Shown here in pieces: positions 19,073 through 28,918 of a stretch of DNA of 50,161 nt. The notes beneath the pieces were generated by a model, which was not told the DNA's origin, made no database searches, and was given only the letters and a program-made list of their open reading frames with translations. The position numbers were made by a program, and so were the translations under genes. Every line of letters begins with the position of its first letter. Within the stretch, counting starts at the first letter, position 1. The DNA lies in contig JBBILD010000027.1 in NCBI GenBank assembly GCA_037445065.1, positions 1 to 50,161 on the forward strand, read 5' to 3'. The stretch is from Myxococcales bacterium (GTDB lineage Bacteria; Desulfobacterota; Binatia; HRBIN30).

Positions 19073-22000
19073 ATGACCCGCCCGCGAGCCTGCTGGCCAC
19101 AGCCTCGAGCGGAGGAAGAACGAGGAGCACACGTACATCCAGAACTTGCGGCCGAACCCCCGGAGTGGCTGCTACACGGGCTCGGATCCCTGCCCCTGGC
19201 AAAGAGCCTGTGGGAGCAGGTGAGAGCCTTGCCCTCGGCCTTTCAACGTCGCCTGGCCGCTGTAGCCGAGCGCCTGGCTCGGGTCTCTCCACGGCTCGCA
19301 GCCGGCGCTGTGCAAAGAGGCCTCGGCGACGAACGCCGCGGGCCCGACGATGTTCCCGTGCGGTTGGTGCTGCTGGAGGCTGCAACACAAGAACCGCCCT
19401 TGCCCCGTGAGGCGTTCGAGCTGCTCCTGACTCTGCCAAAGCGCTCGTTTGCGGAAAGCGAAGCGTTCGCGCTCGTCGAACTTCTCGAACAAAGCCGCCG
19501 CCTCTTGCCGTGGAGTCGCCGCCTCTCAGCCGCGTATCTGCGCGCCGGGCTGCTCCTTTGTGCTCGTGTACCCATTGAGCATCTGAGGCAAGCGGCGGAG
19601 GTCGCGCGAGAGGTGGCCGAGCAGGGCGGTCCCGTGGGCGAGTTCGTCAGCCTCGCCTTTGTGGAAGCGCTGCCGAGCGCGCTGCCAAAGTTGGACGCAG
19701 CCGGACTTGCACTGTGGGCTCGCTGTGGGGTGCGTTTCCACCAGACCGACTGGGGTCGGGATTGGTTCCGCCGGCCACCCGCGGCGTTGTGGCGCCTGCG
19801 CGTGAGCGAGCGGAGCGCACTGTTGCGTGCCGTGTGGGAATGCCGGGAGAAGGAACGAACCGCAGCTCGGCTGTACCACGATTTACCCCAAGCGTTGTTG
19901 CCACTCCGCCCGGTGGAGCGAGAACAACTGCTCGAACTTTGCCTGCGCTCGGTAACCCAGGAGCCGGCTGCTTGGGAGTCCCTGGCCACAACTTGCGGAG
20001 CGCTGCTGCGCAGCTTTCGCGCGCCACTTCGCAGCCGTGCCTTGAGGCTCCTCGAGCGGGTCTCCGATGAATTCGCCCGGGCGGTGCCGGTCTTACTCCC
20101 GCAACTGCCTCGTTTGGCCGAGCAGTTTCCTTTGGAGCGGATTGAGAGTTGGGCGGACTACGGCCTCCACCTGGCGGCACGCAACCCTGCTGCGGCGTTG
20201 GCGTTTTTTGCCTGCGAATCGCGCACGAGTGCTCGCATCCTCCACGCCTCCCCGACCGCAGCGGAGTTGCAAGAAGTGCGCGGTTGGTTGGCCAAGTACC
20301 TGCACATGCTGGCCGGTTCGCCATTTAGCGTTCGCTGCACGAGTACGGTGAGCTTGCGACCGCGCTTCGAGGATCAGCCTCTCGAGGGCGAAGTGGAATT
20401 ACCGGAACGGATTGACTGGTTCCCAACCTTCGAAGACAACGTGCGCCTCTACCAGTGGCTGGCGGTGCAGCTCGCCGGCCGCTGGGAGCACGGCACGTAC
20501 GCGGGAGCAGAAAACGGTGAATTGGATTGGCAACGAGCGCTGGCGCAAAGCGAGCCCCGTATGCAGCTTGCGGAGTGGTTTTCGCTTGCCGAGGGATACC
20601 GTGTGGCCTGTGCCTCTGCCCGCTCGTACCCGGCCTGGGCGGCGGAGCAAGAGGCTCTTGCGCGAGCCTTGCTCCGACTCTGGCACGAGCGAGGCGAGAA
20701 CGTGCGGGTCTCGTGGTTCGACCGCCTCTTGGCCTGGCTGTTGAGTGGTGAGCCGCCAGCAGCGGCTCCAGCTGGTTTGGGCGATGTGGTTAAGGTGGTC
20801 GCACGCGCGTTGGAGCCACTGCGCCATCCCGGTGCCAGCGCCGACACCGCGCTCGCGCTCGCACAGGTCCTCGCGCAATCCTTCGCACCGCAAGTGCAAA
20901 GTGCGGTGGTGGTTGAAGAAAGCGCGGGGGAGACACCACCGTATCTGCTGGTGGCCGACCTGTTGGAAGGAGAAGAGATGCCTCCCCTTCCCGGTGGTAG
21001 CACGGGCGAGGCGGATGCGGCGGCCCCGGCAGAAACAGCGGGCGCCGACAAGCAATGGAGCGTGGACGATGCCGTACCGGATGCTGCCGGGCAGCCTTTG
21101 AGCCCGGAGGCCCTGCAAGCTCTGCTCGAGCGCGGTGCCGACTTGCACTTGCAGCAAGGAAAGGCCGATGCGGTTGCCTCGCTCGGCTTCTACATCAGCG
21201 ATTTGCTGGGCAAGCTGCCGCTCGAGCAACGCGAGCGGTTGCGTCGGTTGTTGGCACAGGAGCAGCCAACGCAGTCACCGCGTCGCTTTCTCGACCGGCG
21301 AGTCCGGGGAGCGGAGTTCTTTTACGACGAGTGGGACTACCTCATCCAGGATTACCGCCGCCAGTGGTGCCGCTTGGTCGAACTACCGGTGGAGGGTGAC
21401 TCGGGCGAGTTTTTCATCCGTACGATCGAGGAATACGCCGGCTTGCTCCCGCAGGTACGACGGGAGTTCCAGAAGGTGCGGGCCGACCAGTACCGTTTCG
21501 TGCGCGGGCTCGAGAGTGGCGAGGAGATTGACCTGAACGCCGTGGTGGAAGCGCGCTCCGACTTGCGCGCGCGCCGCACTCCGTCGAGCAAGCTCTACCG
21601 CGCGCGCCAGCGCGAGGAACGGGACGTCGCCACCTTGTTCCTGGTTGATCTCAGCGCCAGTACCGACGAGCCCGCTGAGCCGTCTGCTTCGCTGGCACAG
21701 AAGCGGCCGCCTCGCCGCATCATTGACATTGCCAAAGAAGCTCTGGTGTTGATGGCCGCAGCCTTGGAAGAGATTGGCGACGCGTACGCCATTTATGGCT
21801 TCTCTGGGCACGGCCGGCAAAACGTAGAATTTTACTTGGTGAAATCCTTCCGCGAAAGTTTGTCGAGCGCGGTGAAAGGGCGGATCGGGGCGCTCGAACC
21901 GAAGCGCAGCACACGGATGGGGGCGGCAGTGCGCCACGCGGTGGAGAAGATGGCGGCGGTCTCTGCCCGCTCGCGCCATTTGATTCTGCTGAGCGACGGC

Positions 22001-22243
22001 TTTCCGCAAGACTTCGATTACGGGCAAGACCGGCGCAGCAACACGTATGGTTTGCGCGATACCACCATGGCCCTCAAGGAATGCGAGGCGGCTGGGATCG
22101 TACCGTTCTGTGTGACCGTGGACCGCGCTGGGCACGATTACCTACGCGAAATGTGCCCCAGTTCGCGCTACTTGGTGATCGACGACATTCCTTCCTTGCC
22201 GCGTGAGCTCCCGAAAATTTACCAGCGCGTGGTCGGACGCTGA
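19073..22243 (+). CDS. Large NorD/CbbO-like VWA protein (1056 aa)
   Basis: YDEWDY, GEEIDLNAVVE, MIDAS DLSAST, TRMGAAVRHA, LSDGFPQD; long helical N-terminal region. Confidence 0.88.
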   Translation: MTRPRACWPQPRAEEERGAHVHPELAAEPPEWLLHGLGSLPLAKSLWEQVRALPSAFQRRLAAVAERLARVSPRLAAGAVQRGLGDERRGPDDVPVRLVLLEAATQEPPLPREAFELLLTLPKRSFAESEAFALVELLEQSRRLLPWSRRLSAAYLRAGLLLCARVPIEHLRQAAEVAREVAEQGGPVGEFVSLAFVEALPSALPKLDAAGLALWARCGVRFHQTDWGRDWFRRPPAALWRLRVSERSALLRAVWECREKERTAARLYHDLPQALLPLRPVEREQLLELCLRSVTQEPAAWESLATTCGALLRSFRAPLRSRALRLLERVSDEFARAVPVLLPQLPRLAEQFPLERIESWADYGLHLAARNPAAALAFFACESRTSARILHASPTAAELQEVRGWLAKYLHMLAGSPFSVRCTSTVSLRPRFEDQPLEGEVELPERIDWFPTFEDNVRLYQWLAVQLAGRWEHGTYAGAENGELDWQRALAQSEPRMQLAEWFSLAEGYRVACASARSYPAWAAEQEALARALLRLWHERGENVRVSWFDRLLAWLLSGEPPAAAPAGLGDVVKVVARALEPLRHPGASADTALALAQVLAQSFAPQVQSAVVVEESAGETPPYLLVADLLEGEEMPPLPGGSTGEADAAAPAETAGADKQWSVDDAVPDAAGQPLSPEALQALLERGADLHLQQGKADAVASLGFYISDLLGKLPLEQRERLRRLLAQEQPTQSPRRFLDRRVRGAEFFYDEWDYLIQDYRRQWCRLVELPVEGDSGEFFIRTIEEYAGLLPQVRREFQKVRADQYRFVRGLESGEEIDLNAVVEARSDLRARRTPSSKLYRARQREERDVATLFLVDLSASTDEPAEPSASLAQKRPPRRIIDIAKEALVLMAAALEEIGDAYAIYGFSGHGRQNVEFYLVKSFRESLSSAVKGRIGALEPKRSTRMGAAVRHAVEKMAAVSARSRHLILLSDGFPQDFDYGQDRRSNTYGLRDTTMALKECEAAGIVPFCVTVDRAGHDYLREMCPSSRYLVIDDIPSLPRELPKIYQRVVGR

Positions 22244-22266
22244 GGGGTCAGGGGCGAACTCGCCTG

Positions 22267-23022
22267 TCAGCTCGACGGAGAAAAACGCGAAGGCTCGACT
22301 GAGACCTGCGGCCCCAGCCAGCGGACCAGAAGTCGCCCGGGAGGTATTTGCTCCACGTTGGCCAACTCCGCCAACACATCGCCATGGCACGGCAACGGAT
22401 GGCAGCGGCAGCCGAGCACTTTGCCGCGCAAACTCCAGATCATCCGCAGGAGCCCAGGGTGACGCACGGCACGCTGGCAGTAGCGGCGCAGCACCTGCTG
22501 CCGGTTTCCGTGGGTGCCGATGTGAAAGGGATTGGCCCACGGGCTCGGCCGGCCGATGTACACATCGAAGTGCCCATCGCGACAATGGACCACCCGCGTC
22601 GGGTCGCTTGGGCTCAAGCCGGCACGCGCCGTTGCCGTTCGCCACGCGGCCTCGAAGGCACGCCAGTGCGACTGCGGCTCCCGCTCGAGCACAATGGGCA
22701 GCCGCTCTCTTAAGGCGGCTTCTGCTTGCCGCGGAGTAAAGCGCGCGCCCACGAAATAGGCGGCGGGAGGCGCGTCGAGCGATACGTGCGGAGCGTAGGT
22801 TGGATCAACGATCTGTCCGTCAACCTCGCACCAGCCGTGCTCAATCACGTGCGGCACCGTTCCGGCCGTAACGATCCAACCCTCCACGTAGCGCGCCGCC
22901 GGTCCCAAATGCGACACAGCCAGCGCTGCGTTGCGCCAGCAGCGCCGATGCTGAGCCCGCACCCGCCGCGCAAGCCAGACCGAACGTTCGAAGTCGAACT
23001 GAAAGTTCGGTTGTAACAACAT
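22267..23022 (-). CDS. Fusion: N-terminal Cys/His/Asp (papain/transglutaminase-like) domain plus C-terminal DUF4326
   Basis: CWRNA...YVEGW...EHGWCEVDGQIVDPT; then RVVHC...DVYIGRPSPWANPF...LRGKVLGCRCHPLPCHGDVL. Confidence 0.75.
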   Translation of the reverse strand: MLLQPNFQFDFERSVWLARRVRAQHRRCWRNAALAVSHLGPAARYVEGWIVTAGTVPHVIEHGWCEVDGQIVDPTYAPHVSLDAPPAAYFVGARFTPRQAEAALRERLPIVLEREPQSHWRAFEAAWRTATARAGLSPSDPTRVVHCRDGHFDVYIGRPSPWANPFHIGTHGNRQQVLRRYCQRAVRHPGLLRMIWSLRGKVLGCRCHPLPCHGDVLAELANVEQIPPGRLLVRWLGPQVSVEPSRFSPSS

Positions 23023-23162
23023 GCCCGAAACCCCAAAAACGCGCCGTTGTCACATACTCGCGGAACACGTTGTCAGTCAAGAGTTGCCACAGCAGAAGAC
23101 CAGACCATTTTCTGGACCAGCGACCCTCGGCGAAGTCTTCGCTGCTTCGCGCCGCAAGGCGG

Positions 23163-23564
23163 TCAGGACTCGGCAATGGCGGCAGCCGAATCAGGCCGCG
23201 TGTACCACCAAGCCCACAAGATCAAAACGCCCTGAAAGGGCAGGCGTACCCAGTTCCAGATTCCGAGCCCTTCGCTTCTGCCGCCGAGCGGCACGTTGTT
23301 GATGGCAATGTGGATATTGGCTGGAAACACCGCGATCAGGAGCGCAATGGTTGCCCAGGCGGCAGCACGGCGTGTTGCCGGGATGAGCACGCCGATGCCG
23401 CACAGTACCTCCGCAACGCCAGACCAGAAGATCAGCTCGCGATGATAGGGAAGATAGGGCGGCATCATGGGCAGGTAAAACTCTGGATTGGCAAAGTGCA
23501 TGAGCCCCGCAACGATGTAAAACGCGCCCATCAGCCACAGCAGCACAGTCTTGGTCCAGCTCAT
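23163..23564 (-). CDS. DoxX-like integral membrane protein
   Basis: AGLMHF..PEFYLPMMPPYLP...SGVAE...AVFPANI...RLPFQ pattern, four hydrophobic segments. Confidence 0.82.
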   Translation of the reverse strand: MSWTKTVLLWLMGAFYIVAGLMHFANPEFYLPMMPPYLPYHRELIFWSGVAEVLCGIGVLIPATRRAAAWATIALLIAVFPANIHIAINNVPLGGRSEGLGIWNWVRLPFQGVLILWAWWYTRPDSAAAIAES

Positions 23565-23949
23565 AGCTCGAGTGGATCACGGACTCACTCGTGAAGCAAA
23601 TCCCCTGGAGTGTTTTGGAACCTCGTCCCTGGGGCTCGGCGACCTGCCATTGTTCGCTTGGAGTCCGCGGAACGGACCATCCGCGCGGGCGATCCGCTCT
23701 GCTGGTGAACGGGTCGGTGCGCGTTTGCCTGATCTGGCCCGTGCCCTCCACTGCGGAGGCCAACGGTGCCCTTCCTCGCACCGACGGGCGGCGACTCAAA
23801 ACGGATCCAGACCGGACGGCAGGGGCGCTCGGGTGAGTCAGCAGCCGGAGGACTGACGGCGCAGCCAATGCCCTATGGCCTGTGTTTCCCACCAAGAGAT
23901 CTGACACGCTCGGCCTCGAATTGCACATGGCCTAACGATGTCGTAGGGC

Positions 23950-25175
23950 ATGGCGAGCGAGATTTTGGGTGTCCAGGCGAACATGAACGAGGCTTTGTTT
24001 TGGCTCGCCTTGGCTCTCCACTTGGGGATGTGGGTGTGGCCGGTGGTGTTGTTCGTGCGAGCGAATCGAGAACGCATCCGGTTCGGGCTGGTCGCCGCGA
24101 TTTTGGCTCTGACGGTAAGCCTTTGGCGCTTTGCGGAGACTCCGCCGAGTGTGTGCTGTATGGATCAGGCGGAGAACATGCACCTGTTCTACAAGCAGCA
24201 GAGGTGGGTTTTGCCGTGGCTCGAGGCGCGGGCCTTTGCTTCCCAGGGCTTCAGCTTTTTCCCGATTTACTTGGCGAATGTTTGGACGGGTAGTTTCTAT
24301 GGTGAGCGCTTGGTAGGGCTTTTGTGCCACCTGCTTCTCGTGCTCGGCGGAGCCGCACTCTTACCTTGGCACGGCTTGCCCTGTTGACAACGTCACCCAC
24401 GGTCTTGTGGAATTCACGCCACTATGATGGCACCATCCTCTTGGTGCCAGAGCGTGGGCTGATTGCGGCACTCGGCATCTTGCGCAGGAGGGACAGTGCT
24501 TGGGCGGCGGTGGCAGGTGGGGTGAGCCTGGGCTTCCTCTCGTACGCCTATATGCCGGCGCGCATTACGTACCTGTTTCCGGCGTTGTGGTTATGGCGTC
24601 AGCCCCTGCGCGCGCTGGCGGTGTATGGTGTACTCGGACTCTGCTTCACGCCTCTGTTTTGGCTGCCCGCTTAAACGGGTCAAGCAGCGGTATGGAGGCT
24701 TTTGCCGGGTCACGTCGAAATCGCATCCTATCAGATCCCTTCGCTGAAATACGCGGCAACCAGCCTTCGTAGCCTAGTCGATCATACGGCTGGCGCGACT
24801 GCGACGACCTCTTACAGGGGCGTGCAAACGATTCCTTGGCTCGCGATCCCGTCCATTGTGGCCGGCTCTGTGAAAAGCCCGTTCGGGCTCGCGGGCCTTA
24901 TCGGTCTCGCTCCTGATATGTTTTCCTCGCACGAAGCTGCCAAAAGCCACCGGCAAATGTTTGCGTTTTTGCCGTTCGTGTTCGCGGCGGCACGCTCCGT
25001 AGCGTTGTTCGGCCGGCCTCGGGTGCGGTTGCTTCTCGGTGCGGCCGTGGGCGCGGAGGGGGTCGTGCGCTGGGTGCGGCTCACCAGCTCTGTGCGCTCG
25101 ATGCTCTGGCGTTGGCCCAATGGCTACTCCGGTCTCGATCCGTGCAATCGCGTGGTTCCACCCCCAGTCTGGTGA
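23950..25175 (+). pseudogene. Disrupted polytopic membrane protein, GT-C (ArnT/GT39-like) glycosyltransferase
   Basis: Three consecutive hydrophobic ORFs; frameshift near 24370; 24324..24674 and 24702..25175 share a frame and are separated by TAA 24672-24674; motifs WRFAETPPSVCCMDQA and GFLSYAYMPARI. Confidence 0.6.
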
Positions 25176-25663
25176 CCACCCGACGCCGCCAGCGCAGCTC
25201 CGCAGAGCCCGGGCGACGCCGCCCGATAGTGGGAACGGTTGCCCACCGTTGCCTTTGTCCCCGGGCGGGCGCGAGGTCAGAACGAACGGCCGAGGCGGGA
25301 GATTGGGTGCGTGGATTTTTTCTCGCTACGCCTTTAGTGATGATCGGGTGCGGGCAAAGTTGATGCAGCGAACACGGCGCGGCGAGGCCAGTGGTTCCGC
25401 GCTCGCGACGGTGAAGCCGAGCCGCCGACCAGGTTCTGCGCCCGGCTACTACCCATCTCTGCGAAAGTCGGCCTGAAGGCATCGCCGCTCCGTCGGCAAC
25501 CACTCGGAAGCGCCTTGCCGAATGGCGGGGGCTCACCCTGATTCCCCCGGAATTCACAGATGGCCACCCGAAGTGGACGCGCCCCCGGTTGGACCGCCGT
25601 ACCTCTTAGCTGCGCAGCCGTGGCACTTTTTCGCGCTAGCCGGCTTGGATACAAGACGCGCTC

Positions 25664-28237
25664 ATGAGCAAACAAGACTTTCGTTTGCCGAGCACCGTTT
25701 GGCCGCGCTGGTATGGGTTGCGCATCGAGGCCGATTTGGAGCGTTGGCAGTACCGCGCGGAAGAGAGGATCGAGCTAGAAGTGCAGGAGGCGACGCGCGA
25801 GGTTGTGCTGCACTCCGTCGGCCACCAGTTCGAAACGGTGACCGCATTTTTCCACGGCCGCACGTGGGTTGGAGAGGCGGAGGCGGATGAGGAAGCAGAG
25901 ATCGTGACGCTGCGCTTCCCGCAGCCCTTGCCGGTGGGCTTCGTGCGCTTGGACTTGGTCTTTTCTGGGCCGATTCTGGAGCGACTGCGGGGTTTTTATC
26001 GCTCGCAGAAAGACGGCCGGCGGTATGCCGCCACCCAGTTCGAAGCGGCCGACGCGCGGCGCGCTTTCCCGTGCTTCGATGAACCTGAGTTCAAAGCCCG
26101 CTTCCAACTCACTCTCGTGGTTCCTGCAGGCAACGAGGCCATTGCCAACGGTGCCGAGGTGGCACGTCGGGTTTTGCCGGACGGGCGCACCGAGGTTCGG
26201 TTTACCGAGACTCCCCCCATCTCGAGTTACCTGGTCGCTTGGTGCATCGGACCGTTCGAGCCCACTCCAACCGCGTTCAGCGCTAGCGGTGTGCCGGTGC
26301 GCGTCTGGTTGCCGCAGGGCATGGCCGACAAGGCGGAATACGCTCTGCAGGCGCACGTGCGCTCGCTCGAAGCTCTCGAAGAGTATACGGCCATCCCGTA
26401 CCCGTACGCCAAAGTGGACGCGATTGGAGTGCCGGACTTCGAAGCGGGCGCGATGGAGAATCCCGGCGCCATCACGTACCGCCTGACGGCGATTGCGGCC
26501 GACCCGGAACGCTCCTCGATCGGAGCCCGCAAAGGCATCTTCACCACGGTAGCGCACGAACTCACCCATATGTGGTGGGGCGATTTGGTGACTATGGCGT
26601 GGTGGGAAGACCTGTGGCTGAACGAGTCGTTTGCCACCTTTGTCGGGACTAAAGTCAGCGCGGAGTTGTTACCGGAGTGGGGGCTCTGGCGCGACTTCGT
26701 CGCCTCGTTGCACCGGCCCTTCCAGCTCGATGCGCTGGTGTCTACGCACCCAATCTCCTTCGAGGTGCGAAACGCGAAGCAAGCCACCGAACGCTTCGAC
26801 GTGATCACATACTGGAAAGGAGCGGCGGTGGTGCGCATGCTCGAACACTTTCTCGGCGCCGAGGCGTTTCGGATGGGGGTGCGAGCCTACCTGCAGCGGT
26901 TTCGCGAAACGAATGCACGAGCCGAGGATTTTTGGCAGGAGCTCAGTAGCGCCTCGGGCCACGATGTGGCGAGCCTCGCCCGCGCCTGGATCAAGCAGCC
27001 TGGGCATCCGTTGCTCATAGTGAGCGCTGCGGAAGAGGGTGTTGGCCTGCGCCTCGAGTTGAAACAGCGAAGGTTCTTCGCCGACTCAGCGAAGCAACAA
27101 GAGCCATGCGAGCAGAGCTGGCCGATTCCGGTAGTATGGAAGATCGGCTCTGCGGATGGCGTGCGCGAGGAGCGCATCCTGTTCGCGGACCGGAACGGGC
27201 AAGTGCACCTGCCACACGCGCAGTGGGTGTACCCGAACGGTAATGCAAGTGGCTTTTACCGCTTTCGCCTCGATCAAGGGAGCTTGCGGCGACTGGTGCC
27301 CCACGTACAGGCGGCACTGGCGGAACACGAACGGCTCAATTTGCTCGACAACCAGTGGGCTCTCGTGCGCGCAGGGTATGAGTCGTTGCACAGCTACTTC
27401 GCGCTGCTGGAAGGTTTTCGGAACGAGCAAGACCGCGCGGTGGTGGCTACGTTCACCGAGCATTTGGGCTGGCTCTGGCTGCACGTGGTCGAGGGCCATA
27501 CCGAGGAGGCGTTCGCGCGTTACGTCGAGGCGTTTTTCCGGCCGCAATGGGAAACCCTGGGATGGGAGCCACGGGCGGGAGAGAAGGACGACGATCGCGT
27601 GCGCCGCTCGGTTGTCTTGCACGCAATGGGCAACCTGGCGCGCGCACGCGATGTCCAGACGGCGGCACGCGAGCGGATCGAGCGTTACCTGGCGGAGAGA
27701 AGCGTGCTCGACCCGAACATCGTGTTCGCCACCGCTTCGGTGGCTGCGAGTTCGGCCGACGGTTTCTTGTTCGACCGCTACCTCGCGCACAAACGCGCGT
27801 GGTCCCGAGACCCGGAAGAGGAGCACCGGTTTCTCATTGCGCTCAGTGCCTTCGAACGCCCCGAGCTGGTGGAGCGCACACTCTCGTTGGTGCTGAGCGA
27901 GGAGGTGCGCGCGCAGGACCGGCCCTTCGTGCTCAATGCGTTACTTGCCCGCAGAGCTTCTAGCTTTGCTGCCTGGCGGTTCGTACGTAGCCGCTGGGAG
28001 CAGTTGCGTGAACTGCTCGACCCGATGCTCTTGCAGAATCTGGTGCGCGGATTGGCGCAATTGACTTCCCCGGACCTGGCCGAGGATGTACGCGCGTTCT
28101 TGCAAGAGCGGGCGATCGAGGAGACCCGAGAGACCACCCAACAGGCCTGCGAGCAACTGCGCCTCGATAGCGCCACGGTGCTGCGCTTGCGCGAGCAGTT
28201 ACCGGAGGTGCTGCGCGAGGCCAGCAGCCGGGTGTGA
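25664..28237 (+). CDS. M1 family aminopeptidase (puromycin-sensitive/ERAP1-type C-terminus)
   Basis: TQFEAADARRAFPCFDEP, GAMEN, HELTH...WLNESFA zinc motif. Confidence 0.95.
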   Translation: MSKQDFRLPSTVWPRWYGLRIEADLERWQYRAEERIELEVQEATREVVLHSVGHQFETVTAFFHGRTWVGEAEADEEAEIVTLRFPQPLPVGFVRLDLVFSGPILERLRGFYRSQKDGRRYAATQFEAADARRAFPCFDEPEFKARFQLTLVVPAGNEAIANGAEVARRVLPDGRTEVRFTETPPISSYLVAWCIGPFEPTPTAFSASGVPVRVWLPQGMADKAEYALQAHVRSLEALEEYTAIPYPYAKVDAIGVPDFEAGAMENPGAITYRLTAIAADPERSSIGARKGIFTTVAHELTHMWWGDLVTMAWWEDLWLNESFATFVGTKVSAELLPEWGLWRDFVASLHRPFQLDALVSTHPISFEVRNAKQATERFDVITYWKGAAVVRMLEHFLGAEAFRMGVRAYLQRFRETNARAEDFWQELSSASGHDVASLARAWIKQPGHPLLIVSAAEEGVGLRLELKQRRFFADSAKQQEPCEQSWPIPVVWKIGSADGVREERILFADRNGQVHLPHAQWVYPNGNASGFYRFRLDQGSLRRLVPHVQAALAEHERLNLLDNQWALVRAGYESLHSYFALLEGFRNEQDRAVVATFTEHLGWLWLHVVEGHTEEAFARYVEAFFRPQWETLGWEPRAGEKDDDRVRRSVVLHAMGNLARARDVQTAARERIERYLAERSVLDPNIVFATASVAASSADGFLFDRYLAHKRAWSRDPEEEHRFLIALSAFERPELVERTLSLVLSEEVRAQDRPFVLNALLARRASSFAAWRFVRSRWEQLRELLDPMLLQNLVRGLAQLTSPDLAEDVRAFLQERAIEETRETTQQACEQLRLDSATVLRLREQLPEVLREASSRV

Positions 28238-28318
28238 GAGACTGGGGGCAACCGGGCCGCCTGCTTCGCACGTCAAGTTGCGCTCGGGCCTCGTGCAGCC
28301 AACCTGCGCCCTAGGCGG

Positions 28319-28906
28319 TCAGGCACGGCCGTGACTCGAACCGCGCGCTAAGGCCCCGGCAATCAGATGAGCGGCGCGCAGCGGCTCCGGTATCCTGCCA
28401 TGAACGCACAGGAGTTGGAGGACCCATTCTGCCTCTGCCCGGCTCAAGCCGCAGCGTTGCACGTAAACCGAAGCCAGCGCCTCCATGGGTCCCAGCCGCT
28501 CGATTCGCCGCCACTTTTGCTTCCCGTTCGGTACCCGTTCGAGCAACGCTTTGCGGATGCGTTCCCAGTTCGGTTGCTTGCGGCTCACCACCAGCACCGG
28601 CCGCCCGGTGACCTCAGCGAGGCGAGGCACGTCTACGACATTGAATCCCGCCAAGGCGATTCCTTGCAGCAGGATCACTTGCACGTGCTGGTCGAAGCGC
28701 GACCCGCGCACCAGCCGCGCGATTTCTCCCGTCGCATCGTCACCATCGCGCTCCACCGAGCCGATGAGTACGCCGTCGAATCGCGTGCGCGCGAAAACGG
28801 CCCCTACAATGGGCACCGCCTCACGCTGCTCGCGCGCAAAAGGGGCGTCGTCGAAGCCCACCGAGTTGGCTAGACGCCGGGCCGGTGAGGTTGGGGAGCC
28901 GGTCAT
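28319..28906 (-). CDS. DUF99 family protein (endonuclease V-like fold)
   Basis: GFDDAPF, DGDDAT, GIALAGFNVVD, IPEPLRAAHLIA. Confidence 0.85.
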   Translation of the reverse strand: MTGSPTSPARRLANSVGFDDAPFAREQREAVPIVGAVFARTRFDGVLIGSVERDGDDATGEIARLVRGSRFDQHVQVILLQGIALAGFNVVDVPRLAEVTGRPVLVVSRKQPNWERIRKALLERVPNGKQKWRRIERLGPMEALASVYVQRCGLSRAEAEWVLQLLCVHGRIPEPLRAAHLIAGALARGSSHGRA

Positions 28907-28918
28907 CGCACCGAACGC

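Noticed and set aside
25176..25663. Intergenic region before the aminopeptidase as an ncRNA or IS end
   Set aside because: I could not recognise a tRNA, riboswitch or terminal inverted repeat by eye.
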